NCBI GenBank assembly: GCA_017450525.1
Contig: JAFSTJ010000148.1
Coordinates: 1 to 52,038 of the forward strand
Direction: 5' to 3'
Origin: Victivallales bacterium
GTDB taxonomy: Bacteria; Verrucomicrobiota; Lentisphaeria; Oligosphaerales; Oligosphaeraceae
DNA: 52,038 bases
Part shown: positions 25,360 to 32,629 of the stretch, in pieces
How the letters are laid out: each line of letters begins with the position of its first letter
How positions within the stretch are numbered: the stretch's first letter is position 1
The notes under the pieces: model-generated
What the model saw: only the letters and a program-made list of their open reading frames with translations
Told to the model about the DNA's origin: nothing
Database searches by the model: none
Made by a program: the position numbers and the translations under genes

Positions 25360-27048
25360 ATGAAGAATAGCGTTTCTTTTCTTCTTGTTGCGTTGATGAT
25401 GTGCTGTTCATTATTCGCCGTGGCGGATGTTGCAGCACCCAACAGCGATGGGAAAACGCTGGAAAAACCTCTTGCAGAAGGGGCATATAACAGCGGTAGC
25501 CTGCAGACTATGACGCAGGACAGCGTGTTCCGCGTGGAACAGGAAAACGGCTTGTTGCAAGTCAAATACGTATGGCCGACGCCCGCAGTGGTTTATCAGG
25601 TCTCCACACGCGTTGGAATGAACCTGAATCCAGGGCGCACAATGTGCATCCTTAAAATCAAGAAGGGCGATGAAGCAGTCCTCAAGGCAAATGGGCTAGA
25701 GAATGATGTGAAGCCACGCAGCAAGGCAGAAGTCAAGGCTGCAATGGGCTGCAATGTGCGTAAGGTCAATATCTCCGCAGGCCAGACCATCTACCAGGGC
25801 ACAGTCATGTTCGAAATGGTGCCGCAGGTGATCTCACATGATTCGGTCACTCCTGGAAACAATGTGGAAATCAAGCCAACGGAAATGTTCCTGAAGTTGT
25901 GGAGGGATACTGGCATATGCGAATTCATCCGTCAGACCCAGTTGGAATGGACTTTGGGTGTGGGACGCATCATTATGATCCTGGTGGGACTGGTGCTGAT
26001 TTATCTTGCCATTATCAAGGGCTTCGAGCCACTGCTGCTGCTCCCCATCGGATTCGGCGCAGTCATGTCCAACATCCCATTGGCGGGCATTGCCGAGCCA
26101 GACGGCATTTTGGGCATGCTCTTCAACGGCGTCAACTGGGGTATCTACCCATTGCTCATTTTCCTGGGCATCGGCGCAATGACGGACTTTGGCCCCCTGA
26201 TTGCAAATCCAATCACCTGCCTTCTTGGCGGTGCGGCGCAGCTTGGCATATTCGCCGCATTGTTCGGCGCAGTGCTCATCAGTTCACTCACGCCTGACAG
26301 CGTTATCAACTTCTCAATCAAGGACGCCGCTTCCATCGGCATCATCGGTGGCGCTGACGGGCCTACCGCCATCTTCCTTTCCAGCCGCCTTTCACCGAAT
26401 CTGCTGGGGTCCATCGCAGTGGCGGCTTATTCCTATATGGCGCTGGTTCCAATCATCCAGCCGCCCATCATCAAGGCGCTCACCACAAAGCAGGAGCGTG
26501 TAATACGCATGAGCCAGTTGCGCAAGGTCAGCAAGCTGGAGAAGATTGTGTTCCCAATCGTAATTACCCTGCTGTGCTGCCTGCTTCTGCCTTCCGCGGC
26601 ACCGCTGATCTCCATGCTGATGCTTGGCAACCTGCTGAAGGAATCCATGTGCACAGACCGCCTCAGCGACACGGCGCAAAACGCACTCATCAACATCGTC
26701 ACCATTTTCCTGGGACTGTCTGTGGGCTCTAAGCTCTCTGCGGACAAATTCCTCAACTTCGAGACCTTGGGCATCCTGTTGCTTGGTCTTGTCGCGTTCG
26801 CAGTCGGCACCGCTGGCGGTGTGATTATGGGCAAGATCATGTGCAAGCTCTCAGGCGGCAAGATCAACCCAATGATTGGCGCGGCTGGCGTCTCAGCTGT
26901 TCCAATGGCGGCCCGCGTCGTCAACAAGATTGGTCTTGAGGAAGATCCACAGAACTTCCTGCTGATGCACGCAATGGGACCCAATGTGTCTGGTGTTATC
27001 GGTTCAGCCGTTGCCGCAGGCGTCCTTCTCTGCGCACTTGGCAGCTAA
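25360..27048 (+). CDS. oadB: Na+-translocating decarboxylase beta subunit (OadB/GcdB/MmdB family) with an N-terminal extension of about 177 aa carrying a signal peptide
   Basis: The canonical beta-subunit core starts near [37 protein letters not shown] and continues to the end. Upstream, in the same frame, are [27 protein letters not shown] and a non-membrane segment. Confidence 0.85.
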   Translation: MKNSVSFLLVALMMCCSLFAVADVAAPNSDGKTLEKPLAEGAYNSGSLQTMTQDSVFRVEQENGLLQVKYVWPTPAVVYQVSTRVGMNLNPGRTMCILKIKKGDEAVLKANGLENDVKPRSKAEVKAAMGCNVRKVNISAGQTIYQGTVMFEMVPQVISHDSVTPGNNVEIKPTEMFLKLWRDTGICEFIRQTQLEWTLGVGRIIMILVGLVLIYLAIIKGFEPLLLLPIGFGAVMSNIPLAGIAEPDGILGMLFNGVNWGIYPLLIFLGIGAMTDFGPLIANPITCLLGGAAQLGIFAALFGAVLISSLTPDSVINFSIKDAASIGIIGGADGPTAIFLSSRLSPNLLGSIAVAAYSYMALVPIIQPPIIKALTTKQERVIRMSQLRKVSKLEKIVFPIVITLLCCLLLPSAAPLISMLMLGNLLKESMCTDRLSDTAQNALINIVTIFLGLSVGSKLSADKFLNFETLGILLLGLVAFAVGTAGGVIMGKIMCKLSGGKINPMIGAAGVSAVPMAARVVNKIGLEEDPQNFLLMHAMGPNVSGVIGSAVAAGVLLCALGS

Positions 27049-27058
27049 TTGCCTAATT

Positions 27059-27125
27059 GCCTGCGGCTTTTCGCCGCAGGCGTGGAACGGTTTTATGCGC
27101 GGCGCGGCAAGCGCCGCGTTTTTTT
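27059..27125 (+). terminator. Tandem hairpins ending in a classic rho-independent terminator after oadB
   Basis: Hairpin 1: gcctgcggc(ttttc)gccgcaggc, 27059..27081. Hairpin 2: cgcggcgc(ggcaa)gcgccgcg, 27098..27118, followed by T7 (27119..27125). Confidence 0.85.
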
Positions 27126-27128
27126 ATT

Positions 27129-27563
27129 ATGCAATACAAATTCAAACTTGGAGCAAGGGCATACATATATCCCCTGGTGGCATTGGCGGTCTGCTTCTTC
27201 ATGTACATGCATTCCCGCAAGGCGGGACAGGCATACAGGCAGGAACCCAGGCAAGTGCAGAAATCAAGCCTTCCAGCGGGCACGGAACTTTCCGGCGCGG
27301 TCGATATGGACTTGCCAGCCCTGTATCTCTTTGGCACTGAACAGGATATTGCCTTTGCCGATGAATTGCGTACTGCATTGTCAGGGCGCTGTTCTGTCTT
27401 GCATATCAAGAATGCAGGTGATGATGTTCGTAGCTACTTTGGCGTTTCCCAGTTGCCATGTGCAGTGCTTTTCAATAAGGACAGGGATAAAATAGCGGAT
27501 TTTGCCCCCTTGCCTTCCAAGGATGAGCTGTTGTCTAAAGTGCAGGATTCTCTGGGTAAATAA
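27129..27563 (+). CDS. Membrane-anchored thioredoxin-fold-like protein lacking a CxxC motif
   Basis: ORF 27057..27563 trimmed to ATG 27129, because 27057..27125 is the terminator. N-terminal TM YIYPLVALAVCFFMYM. The C-terminal LPALYLFGTE ... YFGVSQLPCAVLFNKDRDKIADF resembles a thioredoxin-like fold. The functional call is weak. Confidence 0.55.
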   Translation: MQYKFKLGARAYIYPLVALAVCFFMYMHSRKAGQAYRQEPRQVQKSSLPAGTELSGAVDMDLPALYLFGTEQDIAFADELRTALSGRCSVLHIKNAGDDVRSYFGVSQLPCAVLFNKDRDKIADFAPLPSKDELLSKVQDSLGK

Positions 27564-27775
27564 GTGGGGATTCACTTGAGGGCCAACGTTCTTTGAAATG
27601 CCTAGGGACGATATTTACCAGGGCTAAGATTATTAGTACCAGCATTTAACATATAGAACCTTATATATTGAATGGTGGAACCAGGACCGCTTTTCTTCTC
27701 AAGCATCAAAAATTTCCCGTTCCCCCAAGACCATAGAAGTCTCCCAATCCCCCAAGGCGCTAATTAGTGTATTCG

Positions 27776-28564
27776 CTAGCACCAAAGCGTTTCAATAGGC
27801 CTGTTTTGGTGTGCGACCTGCAAGACGATGTCTGGCCTGTCAATGTTCTGGAGGCATTGCTGTGCCCTGTCGAAAGCGATTTTCTCCTTGTTGCACTCTC
27901 TGCTGATGTGTGCTAGGATGACGTTCCTAGTGCAGTCGGAAGCCACGTCGGCAAGAAGCTGTGCGCTGGCTTCGTTGCTGAGGTGCCCCTGCCTGCTCAT
28001 TATTCTCTGCTTGAGATGCCATGGGCGAGATGAAGCGGCCAGCATATCCAGGTCATGGTTGCTTTCCAATACAAGCGCCGTACACTCCCTTAGCTGGTAT
28101 TCCACCATAGAGCTGGCGTAGCCAATGTCGGTTGCTATGGCGATTTTCCTGTTACCGCAGATGAATGAGAATGCTACGGGGTCCGAGGCGTCATGTGGAA
28201 TGGAGAATGGGCAAACTGTGATGGAGCCTATGTCAAATGTCCCGCCTGGCGCGAATGTCGCCATTTGGCGCAGGCGCTCGTCTTTGCAGCGCATTTTCTG
28301 TGCGCATTTCATGGAGGCGAATATAGGAGCGTCAAGAGTTTTTGCACATACGCGCAGGCCCTTTACATGGTCGTCATGCTCATGGGTGACAAGAATCGCG
28401 TTTATGCGCAGTCCTTCCAGGCCAGCCAGTTGCAGGCGTCTTTGGGTTTCCCGTGCGCTGAAGCCAGCGTCCACCATTATTGCCGTGCCGCCGTATTGGA
28501 TAATCGTGCAATTTCCAGAACTGCCACTGCCCAAAACTGTTATGCCAATGTTGTCTTCGCTCAT
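27776..28564 (-). CDS. MBL-fold metallo-hydrolase
   Basis: GITVLGSGSSGN ... VDAGFS ... ILVTHEHDDHVKG (HxHxDH motif) ... LAHIS. The ATG overlaps the lpxB stop (ATGA at 28561..28564). Confidence 0.85.
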   Translation of the reverse strand: MSEDNIGITVLGSGSSGNCTIIQYGGTAIMVDAGFSARETQRRLQLAGLEGLRINAILVTHEHDDHVKGLRVCAKTLDAPIFASMKCAQKMRCKDERLRQMATFAPGGTFDIGSITVCPFSIPHDASDPVAFSFICGNRKIAIATDIGYASSMVEYQLRECTALVLESNHDLDMLAASSRPWHLKQRIMSRQGHLSNEASAQLLADVASDCTRNVILAHISRECNKEKIAFDRAQQCLQNIDRPDIVLQVAHQNRPIETLWC

Positions 28565-29712
28565 AAGTCCCCTGCCCTGCCCTCAAGCAGCTCGATAACG
28601 GCTTCTGCCGCCCTGGCGCTTGCCTTTGTGTCTTCTCCAAGCATTTTCACGCATTTTTCAATGCCCTCCAGGCAAGTCTGTCTTCTGGCCCCGCCTGGAA
28701 GAATGTCCTCAAGTGCGCTCGCAAGTTTGTCTGGCACAGCGTCATATTGAAGTCTTTCCTCATATACTGTCTGCCCTGTAACGAGGTTTGCAATCGTGAT
28801 TGACGGCAGTTTGACCAGTGCCTTTGCCACTTGATATGTGAGCCAGCTGACCTTGTAGGATACAACCAATGGCAAGCCCAGCATGGCGGCTTCCACGGTA
28901 ACTGTTCCGCTGGCGGCAATACCTGCGATTGCCTTTTTCATCTGTTGCCTGGTATCGCCTACGCTTATCTGGAAGCATTTTATTTGTTCTTCATTGAGAT
29001 TGCACTCCTCCAAGAGCCGTTCCGCAAGTTTTCTTGTTTTTTCGCGAGGCAGCGGGATTACGAAATGCAGTTCTTGGTGTTTTTCCTTGAGAAGCAAGGC
29101 TGTTTGCACAAAGGTCTTAAGCAGTGCCTTGAGTTCGTTGGAGCGGCTTCCTGGTAGCAGTAGCACGAGTTTTTCATCGCGCTGGATATCGCTTTTGCGT
29201 AGAGGTGCTAGTATATCCAGCAAGGGATGACCGATGAATTTGACGTCAAGCCCAGTCCCATCATAGACAGCTGGCTCAAACGGGAATATGCAAAGCATTC
29301 TGCGCACGCATTTCGCGATGGTCTTTATCCTGCCTTTCTTCCATGCCCAGACCTGGGGGCTGATGTAGTAAATCACAGGGATACCTGCTTTATGAAGGCG
29401 TTGTGCCAGTCGCAGGTTGAAGCCAGGATAGTCAATCAGAATCACAGCGTCTGGGCGTTCCTCGGCGGCACGCCGTGCCATGTCTTTCAGTAGTCTTATA
29501 AAAAAGAAAATGCTTTTGAGAACCTCGACTATGCCCACCACGCCTAGTTCAGTGGAATCCACCATTATTTCGACGCCTGCTTTGCGCATTGCGGCGCCGC
29601 CCATTCCCTTTATGGTCAGTCCTGGCTGGCGTTCCCAAAGCTCCTTTGCGAGAGCGGCCCCGTACATGTCGCCAGAAGTCTCGCCGCTGATTATCCAGAT
29701 AGTCCTTGACAT
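28561..29712 (-). CDS. lpxB: Lipid-A-disaccharide synthase (GT19)
   Basis: IWIISGETSGDMYGAALAKEL, VILIDYPGFNLRLA, YYISPQVWAWKKGR, LLPGSRSNE, SGTVTVEAAMLGLPLVV: the LpxB pattern along the full length. Confidence 0.9.
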   Translation of the reverse strand: MSRTIWIISGETSGDMYGAALAKELWERQPGLTIKGMGGAAMRKAGVEIMVDSTELGVVGIVEVLKSIFFFIRLLKDMARRAAEERPDAVILIDYPGFNLRLAQRLHKAGIPVIYYISPQVWAWKKGRIKTIAKCVRRMLCIFPFEPAVYDGTGLDVKFIGHPLLDILAPLRKSDIQRDEKLVLLLPGSRSNELKALLKTFVQTALLLKEKHQELHFVIPLPREKTRKLAERLLEECNLNEEQIKCFQISVGDTRQQMKKAIAGIAASGTVTVEAAMLGLPLVVSYKVSWLTYQVAKALVKLPSITIANLVTGQTVYEERLQYDAVPDKLASALEDILPGGARRQTCLEGIEKCVKMLGEDTKASARAAEAVIELLEGRAGDL

Positions 29713-29726
29713 TGTAGGAACACCTG

Positions 29727-30812
29727 TTAGTTGTTTGCCAGCGAGGGAAGCGTGATGTTATTTGTTTTTGCCCAGTCTTTTATCCTTAGGAGAAGTCCCT
29801 GGCTGCTGTTTATGCGCAGATCTCTTCTGGGTATTGTGCAGTCCCTTATTATTTCCTGCAATTCTGGATAATCGTCCAGTTCAGGGATATCCAGAATGCT
29901 TGGTCTGTTGTCTTTTTCAAGGTGGTATTTTGCATCGGTTCGGAATTGTTTCTGCACCAGGCTGCTTTGAGGCTGGTTAAGCGGCTTTGCGCCGAAGAAC
30001 ACGGCAAATGCCACCCCTAGTGCAAACACATCCGTTGCGCCGTTGAGTGGTGCCTTGCATATTTGTTCAGGCGAGAGGTAGCCACCTGTTCCTGTTATTG
30101 CCATAGGCTTGAAGCCGTCTCCCACTGAAACACCGAAGTCAATCAGCTTGACGCGCCCGTTGTTGAGAATGAAGTTTGAGGGCTTTATGTCCAGATGTAT
30201 GAGGCGTTTGCTGTGGAAATAGCATATTGCCTTAACTGCCTGTGCAAACACATCTATCTTGTCCTCTACAGAAAGGCTCTTTGTCAATGCCTTGTCCGCC
30301 AAGTCATGCCCTGTAAGATATTCCATTATCAGATCGTATCCTACTTCCAGGCCGAATTTCTTGACTTTGCGCAGGGCGTAGATATGGACAAGTGGTGTGT
30401 CCTCGGTATCTGTGCAGACAAGTTTTGACACCTCGTATTCATTCATTATGTGCCTGACCTTGGTGCGGTAGGATACTTTTTCAAGCCTCTCCTCCTGGCG
30501 TCTAGTAGCGCTGTCACCGATAATTTTATTCAGAAAGCCTCTGACGCACTTGATGCAGACCTGTTGTCCCTGCAAATCACCAATGTACAGGACGCTTTCC
30601 GCGCCTTTTGCCAATTCGCTTTCTATGGTGTATGGCTTCTCCTGTGCATTGCGTTTGATGGCCGCATGGTCGATTGTCTTCTTTCTGGTTGAGATATATT
30701 GCCTGCCTCCCTTGGGGGCCATTACCTTTGTCTTGTCCTCAAGCTCCACATTTCTTGCAGTCAGGCTCTGCGAGGTCATGCTCGCATCTATTCTTTCAGT
30801 ATCTGTCTTCAT
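29727..30812 (-). CDS. Hanks-type Ser/Thr protein kinase, soluble
   Basis: VCIKCV (VAIK-like Lys), catalytic loop HLDIKPSNFIL, DFGVS, activation segment GTGGYLSPEQ, DVFALGV. The Gly-rich loop is degenerate (LAKGAESV). There are 14 nt to the lpxB start and 15 nt from the upstream stop. Confidence 0.85.
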   Translation of the reverse strand: MKTDTERIDASMTSQSLTARNVELEDKTKVMAPKGGRQYISTRKKTIDHAAIKRNAQEKPYTIESELAKGAESVLYIGDLQGQQVCIKCVRGFLNKIIGDSATRRQEERLEKVSYRTKVRHIMNEYEVSKLVCTDTEDTPLVHIYALRKVKKFGLEVGYDLIMEYLTGHDLADKALTKSLSVEDKIDVFAQAVKAICYFHSKRLIHLDIKPSNFILNNGRVKLIDFGVSVGDGFKPMAITGTGGYLSPEQICKAPLNGATDVFALGVAFAVFFGAKPLNQPQSSLVQKQFRTDAKYHLEKDNRPSILDIPELDDYPELQEIIRDCTIPRRDLRINSSQGLLLRIKDWAKTNNITLPSLANN

Positions 30813-30827
30813 TTCACGAGCCGAGCC

Positions 30828-31928
30828 TTATAGTTTTCCAATACGACGCAATGTTGCGAGCACGTCTTCCTGGACGTCTGTCCGTTTGCTGACGGCCTTC
30901 TTGGCTTCGTCCTCCATGTTTACTGCAAGCTTTGGCATCGGGACATACTGATCAAGAGACTTCTTCACCTTCACCTGCGCGTGATGTTCACTGATCCTGT
31001 TGAAGTCTTCCAGCAATTCATCAGGCTTACGTGAATAAAGCAGCGAAACTGTAATGAACGGCTTCTTCAATGAGGGATTCTCTATCACGCTGTATATAGG
31101 TGTCACGTCCTTGCTGTTGAAATAACGCAGCACGCTGTAGAAGATCGTGGGGTCTCCGCCTTGTGGTATCTCCAGCAGGAACATTGCCTCAATTGCATTG
31201 TCTGGCTCCAGAAGCAATGTGTTCATATTTGCGTCAAGTTGCGCCTCGAAGTCCTTGGAAGGCTCGTAGTCAAAGCTTGTGAAGTAATTGAAATAGGGCT
31301 TTGAAATGTACAGTGCGAAGTCTTCATGGTCGATATGCCCGTCTCTCAGGCGGTACATTTCGTTCTTGTCAGGTATTGCAAGGAACACCTTGAGTGAATC
31401 TATCAGCATTGTGTTGAACACATCTTCCGCTATTTCTTTCTCGAACTTTTCCTTGTTGCTGAAAAGCACTATGTTTCCAGTGTTTCCGCTGTCAATTGCC
31501 TCAGTAAGCGGCCCTGTAAGGAAGTCGATGGTATTGTCCACGAATTCCGATGATTCAAGCCCTGCGTATGGAAGAACGATGCCGAAAAATGTCTTGTCAG
31601 ATGTGCTAATGTTTTCCGCTTTTGCAAGATCGTTGAGTATCCCTGATGTTATACCGTTTCCAGTACCACCGCCTGTAGAGCTGAACACCTTGTTGCCTCG
31701 TATGGCGGCCTGAAGCTCTCTCTTGATTGATTCGTATGCGTCATGCCCAATTTCAGGGTTCTTCCTGGAGCCGCGGAATTGACCATGCTCCGCCCTTACG
31801 GTGGCTAATATTCTCTCCGAGCCTCCCTGGACCTTGTTAAGCTCCACCTGGGACACGTTCACCAGAATTGCCTCATTGTCGAGTTCCACGGCTAATTTGC
31901 AGCCTGCACCGCCGATGCCAATTGTCAT
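30828..31928 (-). CDS. Divergent FtsZ/tubulin-superfamily GTPase (TubZ/FtsZ-like)
   Basis: In order: MTIGIGGAGCK (T1 G-box), GSRKNPEIGHDA (cf. FtsZ GAGxNPxxG), SSTGGGTGNGITSG (tubulin signature GGGTG[ST]G), VLFSNKEKF (cf. FtsZ IPND region), GHIDHEDF (T7-like acid pair). The ATG overlaps the upstream stop (ATGA, 31925..31928). Confidence 0.8.
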   Translation of the reverse strand: MTIGIGGAGCKLAVELDNEAILVNVSQVELNKVQGGSERILATVRAEHGQFRGSRKNPEIGHDAYESIKRELQAAIRGNKVFSSTGGGTGNGITSGILNDLAKAENISTSDKTFFGIVLPYAGLESSEFVDNTIDFLTGPLTEAIDSGNTGNIVLFSNKEKFEKEIAEDVFNTMLIDSLKVFLAIPDKNEMYRLRDGHIDHEDFALYISKPYFNYFTSFDYEPSKDFEAQLDANMNTLLLEPDNAIEAMFLLEIPQGGDPTIFYSVLRYFNSKDVTPIYSVIENPSLKKPFITVSLLYSRKPDELLEDFNRISEHHAQVKVKKSLDQYVPMPKLAVNMEDEAKKAVSKRTDVQEDVLATLRRIGKL

Positions 31929-32284
31929 TGCAAGTTCTCCAGATATGCCGATGCCTGTGGCTTGAATAGGTCTCTTTTGACCATCATTTCTAGCGCACGG
32001 GCACCATAGCGGGTTATGTATATGTTCTTTCTGTTATGCTCGTCCCTAATGTCAATGAAACACAATGTCGAAAGGGCAAAGACGGATGAGACTGCGGTCT
32101 GCTTTGTGCGTGTCAGCCCTGCCTGTTTCATGTCGTCAAAGGCATTGGTTATGTTGTATTTATAACCGCGCCCTTCACTCTGCGTAGCCCAATACAGGAT
32201 CATGAAATGACTTTCCTGTAGCCGTAGCACCTGTTCCTCAAACAGAGGTCCAAGTTCATCTACCATGGCGACGTTCTTTTTCAT
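31925..32284 (-). CDS. Small winged-helix DNA-binding protein (TubR-like position)
   Basis: 119 aa. Helix-turn-helix-like GLTRTKQTAVSSVFALSTLCFI is followed by a wing-like RDEHNRKNIYITRYG. AGGA RBS upstream of ATG 32284. Fold assignment is by eye only. Confidence 0.6.
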   Translation of the reverse strand: MKKNVAMVDELGPLFEEQVLRLQESHFMILYWATQSEGRGYKYNITNAFDDMKQAGLTRTKQTAVSSVFALSTLCFIDIRDEHNRKNIYITRYGARALEMMVKRDLFKPQASAYLENLQ

Positions 32285-32415
32285 TCGTGTTCCTAATTAT
32301 TTACCTGCGTACGCGTGTTTCATATATATTTAATCAAAAAATTTGCCGTAAGATAACCCAATCGCCGCATTTTGCAAATTCACCTTGGCTTCTACTCCTC
32401 CTCGCATGATAATAT

Positions 32416-32460
32416 TACACTATACTACACTACACTATAATACATTATATTACATTATAG
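32416..32460. promoter_or_regulatory. 10-bp-phased iteron-like array in the divergent promoter region
   Basis: tacactatac tacactacac (tataa) tacattatat tacattatag. It lies about 130 nt upstream of the wHTH gene start, in a very AT-rich stretch. The 8-bp palindrome gcgtacgc sits at about 32307..32314. Confidence 0.55.
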
Positions 32461-32629
32461 TTTAATATAGTAATGGCAGTGTCGGCAGGTATGGAGCCTA
32501 AATGGGCAATAGCATATTTAGTTAGAAATAAGAAATGTTAATGAAATTATAAAATATTATACAAGAAAATCATATTAATTACGTTATATAATAGATTGAG
32601 AAAGGGAATAATACAATAAAAACATAATA

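Noticed and set aside
27057-27128. Upstream 24 codons of ORF 27057..27563
   Set aside because: This stretch consists of the two terminator hairpins and the T7 tract following oadB. The ATG at 27129 directly follows the T-tract and begins a sensible TM-anchored protein.
30828-31928. Interpreting the tubulin-like gene as the cell's ordinary division FtsZ
   Set aside because: It has no ftsA, ftsQ, mur or ddl neighbours, a C-terminal half that does not resemble FtsZ by eye, no conserved C-terminal anchor peptide, and tight coupling to a wHTH gene and a kinase. This cannot be fully excluded without the rest of the genome, so it is stated as a refutation criterion in the findings.
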